A stretch of 64,000 nucleotides of DNA from an uncultured Candidatus Saccharibacteria bacterium (GTDB taxonomy: Bacteria > Patescibacteriota > Minisyncoccia > Phycocordibacterales > UBA918). Both the position numbers and the translations under genes were made by a program. The stretch's first letter is position 1. Each line of letters begins with the position of its first letter. Positions 27,963 to 38,674 of this stretch are shown here, piece after piece. The DNA is taken from NCBI GenBank assembly GCA_964352875.1, contig CAYGTP010000002.1:4244-68243 (forward strand), given 5' to 3'. The notes under the pieces are model-generated. The model worked only from the letters and a program-made list of their open reading frames with translations, did not search any database and was not told the origin of the DNA.

Positions 27963-30710
27963 ATGCCGTCAAAGAAAGCGGAATCTAGCAAGATAGTACA
28001 TAAACCAAAGCGGACTAAACTCGCTGCTGCCAAAAAGACAGTCACACCAAAAGCAAAAGCGAAGGTAAAACCAGCTATTGTTCGTGTGCCAAAGCAGGTT
28101 GCCAAACCTAAAATCTCAAAAAAGATAGTCCCAGTTAAAAAATCTCTGACCAAAAAGTCTTTACCAGCGCCGACAGTCACTTTGACTAAGGTAGCGGAAC
28201 CTGTCTTGATTGCCGATAAACGTTTTAGCCTAGTGGCTTTGGCACCACTCAAGCCGATGCAAATAGCAATGTTTACCCGGGTCGCCGGTTTATTTTTTGT
28301 AATGCTCGGGGCCTTCTTTTCGTTGTACCACATGCCCTATGTGTTTGATGCGAACGTCCAAATGGCGCAAGTCAGTAGTTCTGTTACCACGACCACATCG
28401 CAGACAACCCCAACCAATTCACTAGGAGTGTCCGGAGAGTTTGTTGTTCCAACTGGTGAACTACATGGCGATGTTCGGCTTGAATACACTCACAATGAAG
28501 CGCAATCAGTAAAATTTTTAGCGTACCAAGTTTCTACTGATGAATTCATTACTCTTGGTACTGCTGAGCGAACCACTAACACTCGTTGGAGAAAAACTAT
28601 CAACACTGAACATTTAGACGATGGACAATATAAATTTATCGCGATAGTGACAGTAGCTGGCAACGCTTGGCAAGATCCATTGCAAATCACTCGCACCATT
28701 AAAAACACAATTCATATTATTCCTGACGTGTCCCTTACTGTAAAACAAAATGGGCAACTAGTTAGCTCACCAGTTACAGCTACATTAGACGACCAAGTGT
28801 CTTTGGTCTGGACGATTGAACCTGCAAGTGCAGAGTGTACTTTGGCGCGAGATGGTGACGGGTTTAAAACTATTAACGGCACGAACTCCTTTGCTATATC
28901 ACTGACTGATATTGATTCATCAGTATTTTCTGTTTTGTGTGTACATGAAACAGATGAAATTGAAAAACAAGTAGTCATTTCTGTAACGGATGCGTTAACA
29001 GAAGATTTGGAAGAGATTACTACGAATACGAACGACGTTGTAACCGAGACTCAATCTGTAAATGAAGCAGACAACACAGCCGACTCGACTAAAGAAACCG
29101 ACGCTGACAATGACGAGATTGATGAAGTTACAGCTGTCACAGTAGACATTGATGAAATTGACGTAGTCGTACCCACCGAAGTATCTGAAGAGGTAGACGA
29201 ATCAGAGCAACCGACCGAATCAACACCACTACTTAAAACTCCCGAGACCATCCAAACCCCAACCCCTACACCAGCAGAAATAAAGCCATCAGTTGTATTA
29301 GAATTACCAGAGCGAGATTTTTTGACTGACACCATTGAGATATCGATTGCAGTAGACGGAGCGCAGTTTATTGAATTATATGTACAGAGTGAACGTTCAG
29401 GTGAAGCTCGGTTTGTCGGACTAGCCAAAAAGCGCAGTGATGGTACCTGGCGAGCTAGACTTGAAACAGTCAATATTCCAAATGGTCGGTACGCTCTCTA
29501 TGCTAAAGTAAAAAATATTTATGGTTTATATCAAAGCTCATCGGTCAACATAGCTATTCAAAATAAAAACGAAACCACACCAACACCAGCTCAAGTTGAA
29601 ACCTTTGGTCTGATTCAGACTGTCGGCTCTGACCTCAAAGAACTAGTAACGGACCCACCAGTCATCGATACCCTGGTTGCCAATCAGTTAAAAACCAGTG
29701 CACGTGACCAAGTTTCAGATGACTCTGAAACAAATATAATCAACGATGAAACAATTGCGGCAACTGAGCAAAATTTAGAAGAGCAGTTCCAAGCCCTCCG
29801 TCTTGCTATACGTAATAATGATCAAAATGCCATTCAAGCAATCAAACAGTCTGTACGAACCATTCAGAACGATATTATTTCACAGACCGCCAGCGCAGAC
29901 GACGAACAAACAGCGATAGCCGACAGTATAGAAAAGCGTATTGTTGAACGTGAGAAAGATATTGAGCGAAAAGAATTAATCATCCGTGATCGCGTCGGTG
30001 ACGCTGCGTTACTTGACTCTGACCAAGACGGAGTAACTGATTATGACGAAATAAATCTCTACCAAACCAACCCACTGGCGGCAGACTCTGACCTGGATGG
30101 AGTGATAGACAGTGCAGAAATTGAACGAGGCTTTAATCCTAACGATGCTTCACCAGAAGCGCTGGTTCGCTTTGAATCACCAAAAGAAGTCGGTGAAGTA
30201 CGAAAGGATATTCTTGAGATCACTACGTTGGCAACTATTGTAGACTCAGACAACACTGGTGCAGGAACTAGTGATGGGGTTGCTGCCCAAGCTATGATTT
30301 CAGGACGTGGACTACCAAACAGCTTTGTTACGGTGTATATCTTTAGTACACCGGTAGTAGTAACAGTAAAAACCGACAGCACTGGCGCCTGGTCATACAC
30401 CTTTGAGAAAGAGCTAGAAGATGGTACTCACGAAGTATATGTTGGTATTACTGATAACGCAGGTAGAATTGTGGCAAAAAGTGAACCATTAGCGTTTGTA
30501 AAGCAAGCTCAAGCCTTTTCACCAGTAAATGCCGCCTCAGTTGAAACTCCAACTATCACTACAGCAACACCAGAGCGTTCACTGAGCTCGACTTCGTCTA
30601 TGCTCTTAATTGCTTCAATTTCAGTAGTAGCGATTGGTTTAGTGTTGATATTACTTGGACTTTACATTGACCGACGTGAACGAAGCGAAATAACTCCGGT
30701 GACTGCATGA
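27963..30710 (+). CDS. bitopic cell-surface protein with K/P/A-rich cytoplasmic N-tail, large extracellular region with thrombospondin-type-3-like Ca-binding repeats, and C-terminal TM
   Basis: N-terminal KPKRTKLAAAKKTVTPKAKAKVKPAIV... (histone H1-like); TM VAGLFFVMLGAFFSLY; DSDQDGVTDYDE and DSDLDGVIDSAE; C-terminal TM LLIASISVVAIGLVLILLGLYI. Confidence 0.65.
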   Translation: MPSKKAESSKIVHKPKRTKLAAAKKTVTPKAKAKVKPAIVRVPKQVAKPKISKKIVPVKKSLTKKSLPAPTVTLTKVAEPVLIADKRFSLVALAPLKPMQIAMFTRVAGLFFVMLGAFFSLYHMPYVFDANVQMAQVSSSVTTTTSQTTPTNSLGVSGEFVVPTGELHGDVRLEYTHNEAQSVKFLAYQVSTDEFITLGTAERTTNTRWRKTINTEHLDDGQYKFIAIVTVAGNAWQDPLQITRTIKNTIHIIPDVSLTVKQNGQLVSSPVTATLDDQVSLVWTIEPASAECTLARDGDGFKTINGTNSFAISLTDIDSSVFSVLCVHETDEIEKQVVISVTDALTEDLEEITTNTNDVVTETQSVNEADNTADSTKETDADNDEIDEVTAVTVDIDEIDVVVPTEVSEEVDESEQPTESTPLLKTPETIQTPTPTPAEIKPSVVLELPERDFLTDTIEISIAVDGAQFIELYVQSERSGEARFVGLAKKRSDGTWRARLETVNIPNGRYALYAKVKNIYGLYQSSSVNIAIQNKNETTPTPAQVETFGLIQTVGSDLKELVTDPPVIDTLVANQLKTSARDQVSDDSETNIINDETIAATEQNLEEQFQALRLAIRNNDQNAIQAIKQSVRTIQNDIISQTASADDEQTAIADSIEKRIVEREKDIERKELIIRDRVGDAALLDSDQDGVTDYDEINLYQTNPLAADSDLDGVIDSAEIERGFNPNDASPEALVRFESPKEVGEVRKDILEITTLATIVDSDNTGAGTSDGVAAQAMISGRGLPNSFVTVYIFSTPVVVTVKTDSTGAWSYTFEKELEDGTHEVYVGITDNAGRIVAKSEPLAFVKQAQAFSPVNAASVETPTITTATPERSLSSTSSMLLIASISVVAIGLVLILLGLYIDRRERSEITPVTA

Positions 30711-32050
30711 TTTCAACGGCACTGTATGCGTTTGAACGAAGTGTTAAATATTTGCGGCATCACCCGCAAGTCATTTTCATTCTATTATTGATTATCGTAA
30801 TGCCAGTGCTATTTCTTTATAGCGGGCAACAGTTTCTTGATGCTGGCAGATCAAATCAAGAACGGCTTCAGAAAGATCGCATCGGACTTCTCCATGATTC
30901 ATTTGTTGCTGTATTGAGTGCAACTAACGTTGATACAGCTATTTTGCAGTCCCAAATTACAGAACTAGTAAAAAACAATCCTGATTTTATCCAGTTTCAA
31001 GTTGTAATACACAAACCTGGCGAAGTCCGTGTTATAGCGGCCGCGAATCAAGAAATGGTTGGTACAATTGAGACCAATGTCGAACCATATCGTTTTTCTA
31101 CCATTAATCTAGACGAATCGTTTATTGTAGAAGTACAACGAAGTAAAGAGCACTACTGGCAAGCCTTCCGTAGTGTCCGACACACTGACGATAACCTCTA
31201 TACCATTTTTACAGAACAGTCATTAACACAAATCGATGCTGTATTTTCAGCCCGGGAACGCGAAGCATATTACTCATTAGTCGTTATTTACTTATTCATT
31301 TTTGGCTTGGCTTTCTGGCATATCAAACTTACTGATTACCGCTATCTCTATCAAAAAGTGGCTAAAGCTAACGAAATGAAAGACCTCTTTACCAACATGA
31401 TTGCTCACGAATTGAGGGCACCGATTACAGCGATTCGAGGTTATGCGAGTCTACTAGAAGAAGACACTACCCTCGCTGGTACCCAGCGCGAACAAGCCGG
31501 TAAAATTTCCAAGTCTAGTATCCGATTGTTAACGGTGATAAATGATTTTTTAGATATTGCTCGTATGCAATCTGGTAAATTGTCAGTCGAAAAAAAGCCA
31601 ACCAACATATCAGAAGTGGTCCAAGCAGTTTGCAGTGAGCTCAGTATCCAAGCTAAAGAAAAAAATATAGCTCTTATTCATTCTGACACTGATATAGCTC
31701 ACATCATCAACACTGACGGCAAGCGGCTTCATCAAGTTTTAATTAATATAGTAAATAACTCGATAAAATATACTGAATCAGGCACTATCGAAGTGGCTTT
31801 GTTTGAAAACGACACCAAGCTCGAAATCAGAGTTAAAGACACTGGTATGGGAATCAACGCCGACGAACAGAAAAATCTTTTTGTACCATTTCATCGAGTT
31901 GAGGGTGAGGAAACCAAAACTATCACTGGGACCGGACTGGGTATGTGGATTACTAAACAGTTGGTTGACTTGTTGGGAGCTTCGATTGGAGTCGAATCTA
32001 TAAAAAGCGTTGGTACCCACGTTGTTATTACGTTTCCTAAGCACTCATAA
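30707..32050 (+). CDS. membrane sensor histidine kinase (2 TM with extracytoplasmic sensor domain)
   Basis: TMs VIFILLLIIVMPVLFLY and LVVIYLFIFGLAFW; H-box MIAHELRAPI; HATPase boxes; ATGA overlap with the upstream gene. Confidence 0.8.
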   Translation: MISTALYAFERSVKYLRHHPQVIFILLLIIVMPVLFLYSGQQFLDAGRSNQERLQKDRIGLLHDSFVAVLSATNVDTAILQSQITELVKNNPDFIQFQVVIHKPGEVRVIAAANQEMVGTIETNVEPYRFSTINLDESFIVEVQRSKEHYWQAFRSVRHTDDNLYTIFTEQSLTQIDAVFSAREREAYYSLVVIYLFIFGLAFWHIKLTDYRYLYQKVAKANEMKDLFTNMIAHELRAPITAIRGYASLLEEDTTLAGTQREQAGKISKSSIRLLTVINDFLDIARMQSGKLSVEKKPTNISEVVQAVCSELSIQAKEKNIALIHSDTDIAHIINTDGKRLHQVLINIVNNSIKYTESGTIEVALFENDTKLEIRVKDTGMGINADEQKNLFVPFHRVEGEETKTITGTGLGMWITKQLVDLLGASIGVESIKSVGTHVVITFPKHS

Positions 32051-32125
32051 GTCGAGCTGCAGAATTTATCTAGCCGTGTATAATAGGTGTATACAACCTT
32101 CACCGACACGTGGAGGCGTTATGCT

Positions 32126-34756
32126 ATGGCCAAATCAAAACCTAATAAAACCAAGTGGGAGAGCCCTGATTCAGATAAAATCGTAGTGCGTGGAGCCCGT
32201 ACCCACAATCTTAAAAACATCGATGTAGAAATGCCACGTGGCAAAATGATTGCCATCACCGGACCCTCTGGTTCGGGTAAATCGTCCTTGGCTTTTGATA
32301 CTATTTTCGCTGAAGGTCAACGCCGCTATGTTGAGTCACTATCACCCTATGCGAGGCAGTTTCTGAATAAAATGCAGAAACCAGACGTTGATGAAATCTC
32401 TGGCTTATCACCAGCGATTTCGATTGATCAAAAGTCAGCTAGCCGCAATCCTCGCTCAACGGTAGCGACTATTACCGAGATTTACGACTACCTACGAATT
32501 CTGTATGCGCGAGTCGGTCAGCCGTACTGTTTAGATGTTGATGTGCCAATTGAAAAGTTATCGCAAGATGAAATTTTAAACATCATTCTAAAATCAATCG
32601 AAGACAAAGAAGTAAAGTCTGCCCAAAAGAAAGAGCAAGTAATGGGAATCGAGCTATCCAAAGGTCGGGTGAGTATCTTTTCACCAGTGGTAGTGGGGCG
32701 AAAAGGTGAATACTACCAGATGCTGTATGACCTACTCGCCAAAGGGTACGAAACGGTAAAAATCGACGGCGAAATCAAACAATTACGCGAAAAAATTGAA
32801 CTCAAAAAAACTAAACGACATGATATTGATGTGTTGGTGGACGAAATATACGTAAGTGAATTTACTGATGACCCTAAAAACTCACGGGAACGACTTTCCG
32901 AAGCAGTTGAGTTAGCCCTAGCTGAATCAAATGGACTGGTAAAAATCATGAGTCCTGACAAAACCGAACGTACGCTGTCAGCAAAATTCATTTGCCCGGT
33001 CGACGGCTCATCGTTTCCCGAGGTTGAACCACGATTGTTTTCATTTAACTCACCCTACGGTGCCTGTCCTGAATGTAACGGTCTCGGTATGATTGGGATT
33101 TTCCATACCGATGAATGTCCGTCGTGCCATGGTGCGCGCCTACGACCCGAGGCGCTTCGGGTATACCTGGGTGGAGATGGTAAAAAAGACTTAGGGGTAA
33201 ATATTGTAGCGTTTACTGGTATGACTGTTAAGGCTGCGAGCGAATTTATTGCCGGTTTAAAGCTATCCAAGCAACAGCAAGAAATCGCCTGGCCGGCCCT
33301 ACGTGAAATCATCGAACGCTTAGAATTTATGAACAACGTTGGGATCGAGTATCTTACGCTTGATCGCCGTGCCAATACCTTGTCGGGTGGAGAAGCTCAG
33401 CGGATTCGCTTGGCGTCGCAACTTGGCTCAGGCTTGGTGGGCGCACTCTACGTTCTAGATGAACCAACCATCGGGTTGCATCAGCGTGACAATGATTTAC
33501 TCATCAAGACATTAACTGATCTCCGAGACTTAGGAAACACCATTATTGTGGTTGAACACGATGAAGATACCATCTATGCAGCTGACTATTTAATCGATAT
33601 CGGTCCTGGGGCTGGGGTACATGGTGGGGAAGTGATTGTCGCTGATTACCTGGAAGGTCTTCTCACCGCCAAGAAAAACGATTCTGGTTCAGTCACGCTC
33701 GACTATCTGCGGGGTGACAAATCAATCAAAGTACCGGAACGTCGAACAGGAGAAAAAGGCTCTATTAAAATCCGAGGTGGTAAAGCTTTTAATATCAAAA
33801 ATCTTATCGTCGACATCCCACTCGGGCGCTTGATTACGGTGACTGGTGTATCCGGTTCTGGTAAATCCACGTTTATGTATGAGATTTTGTACAAAAACCT
33901 ACAACGCAAATTAGACAAGAAATATCGTCGGGCCGAAGTTGTTAATTGCACGAGTTTTACCGGTACGGAGTACCTTGGTCGCTCTGTACTGATTGACCAG
34001 TCACCAATCGGGCGCACCCCGCGCTCTAATCCTGCCACGTACACTGGTGCCTTTACGCATATTCGCGATCTCTTTGCTGCGAGCAGCGAAGCGCGGGCGC
34101 GGGGTTGGAAACCGGGACGATTCTCGTTTAATGTCAAAGGTGGTCGCTGTGAAGCCTGCCAGGGGAACGGCGTCATTGCTGTTGAAATGCACTTCTTGCC
34201 GACCGTGTTTGTGACTTGTGACGTCTGTGACGGCAAACGCTTCACCAAAGAAACGCTTGAAGTAACCTACAAACACCGCAATATTCATGAGGTGTTGCAT
34301 ATGACGATTGAAGATGCGCACAAATTTTTTAACGATGTGCCGGCCATAGAAGAACGACTAAAAACACTGCTTGATGTAGGGCTGGGCTATCTACAGCTTG
34401 GGCAGAGCGCTACAACGCTCTCTGGCGGGGAAGCCCAGCGCGTCAAAATTGCCTCTGAACTATACAAACCACACACCCAGAAAAGCATCTACCTATTGGA
34501 CGAACCAACCATCGGGTTGCACTACGAAGACGTCAAAAAGCTGATCGAAATCCTGCAACATCTCGTCGACAAAGGAAATACCGTGTTAGTAATTGAGCAC
34601 AACCTTGATTTGATCAAATCATCTGATTACATTTTAGATATTGGTCCCGAAGGTGGTGCCGGTGGAGGACAACTGATCGCCAAAGGAACGCCAGAGGAAG
34701 TGGCAGAAAACCCCAAATCATTTACCGGTCAATATCTCAAGAAGCATCTCAAGTAA
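32126..34756 (+). CDS. uvrA: excinuclease ABC subunit A
   Basis: Two ABC modules ([19 protein letters not shown]), Zn-finger CxxC pairs, LSGGEAQR signatures; start at MAKSKP with GGAGG 9 nt upstream. Confidence 0.9.
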   Translation: MAKSKPNKTKWESPDSDKIVVRGARTHNLKNIDVEMPRGKMIAITGPSGSGKSSLAFDTIFAEGQRRYVESLSPYARQFLNKMQKPDVDEISGLSPAISIDQKSASRNPRSTVATITEIYDYLRILYARVGQPYCLDVDVPIEKLSQDEILNIILKSIEDKEVKSAQKKEQVMGIELSKGRVSIFSPVVVGRKGEYYQMLYDLLAKGYETVKIDGEIKQLREKIELKKTKRHDIDVLVDEIYVSEFTDDPKNSRERLSEAVELALAESNGLVKIMSPDKTERTLSAKFICPVDGSSFPEVEPRLFSFNSPYGACPECNGLGMIGIFHTDECPSCHGARLRPEALRVYLGGDGKKDLGVNIVAFTGMTVKAASEFIAGLKLSKQQQEIAWPALREIIERLEFMNNVGIEYLTLDRRANTLSGGEAQRIRLASQLGSGLVGALYVLDEPTIGLHQRDNDLLIKTLTDLRDLGNTIIVVEHDEDTIYAADYLIDIGPGAGVHGGEVIVADYLEGLLTAKKNDSGSVTLDYLRGDKSIKVPERRTGEKGSIKIRGGKAFNIKNLIVDIPLGRLITVTGVSGSGKSTFMYEILYKNLQRKLDKKYRRAEVVNCTSFTGTEYLGRSVLIDQSPIGRTPRSNPATYTGAFTHIRDLFAASSEARARGWKPGRFSFNVKGGRCEACQGNGVIAVEMHFLPTVFVTCDVCDGKRFTKETLEVTYKHRNIHEVLHMTIEDAHKFFNDVPAIEERLKTLLDVGLGYLQLGQSATTLSGGEAQRVKIASELYKPHTQKSIYLLDEPTIGLHYEDVKKLIEILQHLVDKGNTVLVIEHNLDLIKSSDYILDIGPEGGAGGGQLIAKGTPEEVAENPKSFTGQYLKKHLK

Positions 34757-34757
34757 C

Positions 34758-35387
34758 ATGTCATCGAACACATTTGTCAGTCTTGTTCTCGCGATGGCGC
34801 TGGTGGTAGTAGTGTCTAATGTCTTGGTGCAATTTTTGTTCGGTGATTGGTTGACCTGGGCAGCCTTTACGTATCCAATTGCTTTTCTTATTACTGATCT
34901 AGCCAATCGACTCCTAGGACCGGCAGCGGCTCGAAAGATTGTTTTCTACGGCTTTATCGTGGGAGTACTATGTTCACTGTTGGCTAGTCAGCTCGAAACT
35001 GCCGATGGGGTGCCGTATACTACGTTGCGTATTGCACTTGGTTCTGGTTTAGCATTCTTGATTGCGCAACTCACCGATGTGTATGTCTTTTCAAGACTGC
35101 GCCACGCGAGTTGGTGGAAGGCACCAGCCCTCTCTTCAGTTGCCGGTTCGGTCATTGATACAGCAATTTTCTTTACCGTGGCATTCTCGGCGGCGTTTAT
35201 ATTTCTTGAACCAACCAACGATGTCTCATGGGCAACCGAACTAATCCCACTGCTTGGCGTGGGGCCAGTGGTACCACTGTGGGTGAGTCTGGCAACTGCT
35301 GACTTCGGAGTGAAATTACTCTTGGTGGCATTAGCTCTGCTACCGTTTAAATTACTCGTCTCCCATTTTTCTCGGTCCAATGACTAA
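34758..35387 (+). CDS. queuosine-precursor transporter (YhhQ/DUF165 family)
   Basis: FTYPIAFLITDLANRLLGPAAARK matches the YhhQ signature region; 6 TM. Confidence 0.65.
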   Translation: MSSNTFVSLVLAMALVVVVSNVLVQFLFGDWLTWAAFTYPIAFLITDLANRLLGPAAARKIVFYGFIVGVLCSLLASQLETADGVPYTTLRIALGSGLAFLIAQLTDVYVFSRLRHASWWKAPALSSVAGSVIDTAIFFTVAFSAAFIFLEPTNDVSWATELIPLLGVGPVVPLWVSLATADFGVKLLLVALALLPFKLLVSHFSRSND

Positions 35388-36615
35388 GACTGCGTTAATA
35401 AAAAAGAAGTTACCTGATACGCCTGGAGTGTATTTTTTTCTTGGGTCAAAAAAAGAGATTTTATACATTGGTAAAGCCACCAGTCTCCGCAATCGGGTCC
35501 GGAGCTATTTTACTGATGACATCAAAGAAAAACGATCAGAATTAATCGAGCAAATGGTCACTGAGGCAAAAACCATTGAAGTTACTGAAACCGATAGTGT
35601 ACTAGAGGCCCTGATTCTAGAAACAAACTTAATCCGCACGCACAAACCTCGCTACAATACTCGCAGCAAAGACGACAAAAGTTACAACCATCTTATTATT
35701 ACCAACGAAGCATTTCCGCGCGTGTTGGTCGTCCGAGGCAAGGACATGACTGAGCAATTTGAGGCGTCAGAAATCAAGTACCACTTTGGCCCGTTCCCGA
35801 GCAGCATGCTGTTTCGAGAAGCACTAAAAATCATCCGTAAATTATTTAAATTTTACGATACGGCAGTACCAATTGGCCAAGAAAAATCCAAGCTGGCAAA
35901 AGGGAGCATCAACTTCAACCGGCAAATCGGTCTGTATCCCGAACAAACATCAAAAAAAGAGTACCTGAAAACCATTCGTCACATACGGCTATTTTTCCAA
36001 GGTAAGAAACAGCAAATCATTGCAGAATTACGAGCCGAAATGATGCAGCTTGCAGCTGAGGAAGCCTTTGAAGCTGCCAACCAGATCAAACGGCGAATCT
36101 TTGCCCTCGAGCACATTCAAGATATTGCCTTAATCAAAGACGACGCTCGAATTTATCGAGATGACAAAAATATTAGAATCGAAGCCTATGATGTAGCGCA
36201 CATCAGTGGCACGGATATGGTCGGAGTGATGACGGTGGTTGAGGGTGGTGAGCCCAAGCACGCTGAGTACCGCAAGTTTAAAATTAAGAGCGTTACCGGA
36301 AGCAACGATCCTGCAGCGCTCCAAGAAGTGTTAGACCGGCGGCTCGCTCATCCGGAATGGCCCTACCCGCAAGTAATTGTCGTTGACGGGAGTACCGCTC
36401 AAAAAAATGTAGCCGAGCACACATTGCGGAAGTGTGGAGCAATGATTCCGGTGGTGGCGGTGGTAAAAGACGATAAGCACCGCCCGCTGCGCATCATTGC
36501 AGCCAAAAAACTCAAAACCCAATACGAAACTGCTATACTACTAGCCAATGCCGAGGCACATCGGTTTGCAGTGGCCTATCACCGAGCCAAGCGCAGCAAG
36601 CGAATGAGACTTTAG
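35380..36615 (+). CDS. uvrC: excinuclease ABC subunit C, short form lacking C-terminal (HhH)2
   Basis: GIY-YIG (PGVYFFLGSKKEILYIGKATSLRNR), UVR domain, RNase H-like endonuclease domain (RIEAYDVAHISGTDMVGVMTV); ends at 411 aa. Confidence 0.8.
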   Translation: MTKTALIKKKLPDTPGVYFFLGSKKEILYIGKATSLRNRVRSYFTDDIKEKRSELIEQMVTEAKTIEVTETDSVLEALILETNLIRTHKPRYNTRSKDDKSYNHLIITNEAFPRVLVVRGKDMTEQFEASEIKYHFGPFPSSMLFREALKIIRKLFKFYDTAVPIGQEKSKLAKGSINFNRQIGLYPEQTSKKEYLKTIRHIRLFFQGKKQQIIAELRAEMMQLAAEEAFEAANQIKRRIFALEHIQDIALIKDDARIYRDDKNIRIEAYDVAHISGTDMVGVMTVVEGGEPKHAEYRKFKIKSVTGSNDPAALQEVLDRRLAHPEWPYPQVIVVDGSTAQKNVAEHTLRKCGAMIPVVAVVKDDKHRPLRIIAAKKLKTQYETAILLANAEAHRFAVAYHRAKRSKRMRL

Positions 36616-36640
36616 ACAGAAAACGATTGTTATACCAGAT

Positions 36641-37513
36641 ATGCAAACAAAAATTGGATTTATTGGACAAGGATGGATTGGGAAGCACTACGCTGACGAA
36701 TTTGAGAATCGATTGTACGCAGTTGTGCGCTACGCGCTTGAAGAACCCTATGTCCAAAACAAAGATCAGATAAAAGAGTGTCAGGTGGTATTTTTGGCGG
36801 TACCAACCCCCACCACCAGCGCAGGCTTTAGTTATGAACCGGTTCGCAGTGCGCTTGGTGCGGTAGGGAGTGGTAGTACGGTGGTGATTAAGTCCACGTT
36901 GATTCCAGGTACCACCGAAGCGCTGCAAGCAGAATTTCCAAACTTGTTCATTCTCCACAGCCCGGAATTTTTGGTGGAAGCAACTGCCGCGCACGACGCT
37001 GCCAAACCATTGCGGAATATTGTAGGGATTCCGATAGATACTGACGTCTTTAGAGCCAAGGCCGAGCAGGTACTCAAAATCCTCCCTGAAGCCCCGTACA
37101 ATCAAATTATGAGTAGCCGCGAGGCCGAGATTGTAAAGTATGCTGGTAATGGCTTCTTGTTCACTAAGGTCATTTTTTTCAATCTTCTGTATGACTTTGT
37201 GGCCCAGCATGGTGGCGATTGGGAAATGGTGCGGCAAGCGATCACCTATGATCCGCGCATTGCTAGTAGCCATACCAATCCCATCCACCGGTCGGGGCAC
37301 GACACCGAAACAAACGGAACAGCCAAGCGAGGTGCGGGTGGACACTGTTTTATCAAAGATTTTGAAGCATTGCGCCGTCAGTACGCTGAGCTGCTCCCAA
37401 AGGATGCGACCGGTCAGGCAGTCTTGGCGAGCTTGATTGATAAAAACATTGAGCTACTCACTGCATCCAACAAGGATCTTGATCTACTCGAAGGCGTCTA
37501 CGGCAAAAAATAA
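36641..37513 (+). CDS. UDP-glucose/GDP-mannose dehydrogenase family protein, short (no C-terminal UDP-binding domain)
   Basis: GFIGQGWIGK NAD fold, SPEFLVEATAAHD (NPEFLREG-like), catalytic GGHCFIKD; stops 100-150 aa earlier than canonical Ugd. Confidence 0.6.
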   Translation: MQTKIGFIGQGWIGKHYADEFENRLYAVVRYALEEPYVQNKDQIKECQVVFLAVPTPTTSAGFSYEPVRSALGAVGSGSTVVIKSTLIPGTTEALQAEFPNLFILHSPEFLVEATAAHDAAKPLRNIVGIPIDTDVFRAKAEQVLKILPEAPYNQIMSSREAEIVKYAGNGFLFTKVIFFNLLYDFVAQHGGDWEMVRQAITYDPRIASSHTNPIHRSGHDTETNGTAKRGAGGHCFIKDFEALRRQYAELLPKDATGQAVLASLIDKNIELLTASNKDLDLLEGVYGKK

Positions 37514-37531
37514 GCATGGTAGAATACTGTC

Positions 37532-38509
37532 ATGAATAAGGCAGTAGTGGCAGTACTTCGTGGTGGTCCTGATGATGAACACCACGTGTCAATGGAAACT
37601 GGCTCGAGTGTGCTCTCAGCCCTCGTGGTTTCTCCGTATGCCAGCCGTGACGTCATTATTACCAAAGCGGGAGAATGGGTCGTGGATGGTTTTGTAAAAC
37701 GACCAGACCAAGCCCTGGCTGGCATCGATGTCACGTTCAACGCCCTCCATGGGCACTACGGCGAAGGTGGGGGAGTCCAGCGAGTGCTGCAACAAGTGGG
37801 CGTCCCCTACACCGGCAGCGGCATTTACCCAGCGGCAGCCTCCATCAACAAAGCTTTGGCCAAACAGTACGCCAAAAAAGCCGGCTTTCTCACCCCGGAG
37901 TTTTTTCGGGTCAGGCGCGAATCAGTCAATGATCCCTATCTCTTGGCTACCCAAATCGCCAAACTCTTTGGCCCCGACTATGTCATCAAGCCAACCTTGT
38001 CAGGGTCATCGAGAGGCTTGTTTTTTGCTTCAAGTGTAGCGGATTTAGCCTTTGGTCTCTCAGAATTATTAATGGAATACGAGGATATTTTAGTTGAAGA
38101 GCGCATCTATGGGCGAGAAATCGCCAGCGCCAGCCTAGAACGCTACCGCAATCAAGCCTTTTACCACTTGCCGCTGACGCAGGTAAAGCGGCCAGACGTA
38201 GTCGGAGTAGCACTCAATCCAGACGATTTTGTGAAAGCCAGTCAGTATGTCTGCCCAGCCCAGCTAGCGCGTGATGAACAATCAATGGTATACGAAGCCA
38301 CCAAGCAGATCCATACCGCACTCGGCTTGCGACAGTATTCATTAACTGATTTTATCTTGAGTGACAAAGGGCTGTATTTCCTAGAAATTAATTCGCAACC
38401 AGGTCTCACTCCGCGCTCGATCTTCCCCCAAGCAGCTGACGCTATTGGTGGCAGCTTTGTTTCATTGGTCGAACACTTGGTAGCTGATTCCTTCACTAAG
38501 CGGTATTGA
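37532..38509 (+). CDS. ddl: D-alanine--D-alanine ligase
   Basis: N-terminal VAVLRGGPDDEHHVS, ATP-grasp motifs, C-terminal EINSQPGLT. Confidence 0.85.
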   Translation: MNKAVVAVLRGGPDDEHHVSMETGSSVLSALVVSPYASRDVIITKAGEWVVDGFVKRPDQALAGIDVTFNALHGHYGEGGGVQRVLQQVGVPYTGSGIYPAAASINKALAKQYAKKAGFLTPEFFRVRRESVNDPYLLATQIAKLFGPDYVIKPTLSGSSRGLFFASSVADLAFGLSELLMEYEDILVEERIYGREIASASLERYRNQAFYHLPLTQVKRPDVVGVALNPDDFVKASQYVCPAQLARDEQSMVYEATKQIHTALGLRQYSLTDFILSDKGLYFLEINSQPGLTPRSIFPQAADAIGGSFVSLVEHLVADSFTKRY

Positions 38510-38572
38510 CTATAGAGCTGTAAGTCCGTATTATAGTGCCCACTTAAGTCAATAGCTTAATTGCCCACATAA

Positions 38573-38645
38573 GGGCTCGTAGCTCATCTGGTAGAGCGCC
38601 TCATTTGCACTGAGGAGGTAGCGGGTTCAAGTCCTGTCGAGTCCA
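38573..38645 (+). tRNA. tRNA-Ala (anticodon TGC), CCA not encoded
   Basis: Hand-folded cloverleaf: acceptor GGGCTCG/CGAGTCC with G3:U70 Ala identity pair, D arm GCTC/GAGC, anticodon loop TT-TGC-AC, T arm GCGGG-TTCAAGT-CCTGT. Confidence 0.85.
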
Positions 38646-38650
38646 CATTA

Positions 38651-38674
38651 AAACAGCCTTTCGAGGCTGTTTTT
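38651..38674 (+). terminator. rho-independent terminator immediately after tRNA-Ala
   Basis: AAACAGCCT-TTCG-AGGCTGTTTTT. Confidence 0.75.

Noticed and set aside
33703-34321. Minus-strand ORFs of 181 and 106 aa inside uvrA
   Set aside because: Antisense to unmistakable UvrA ABC motifs.
36533-37345. 270-aa minus-strand ORF
   Set aside because: Antisense to the uvrC end and the Ugd-like gene, which have clear motifs.
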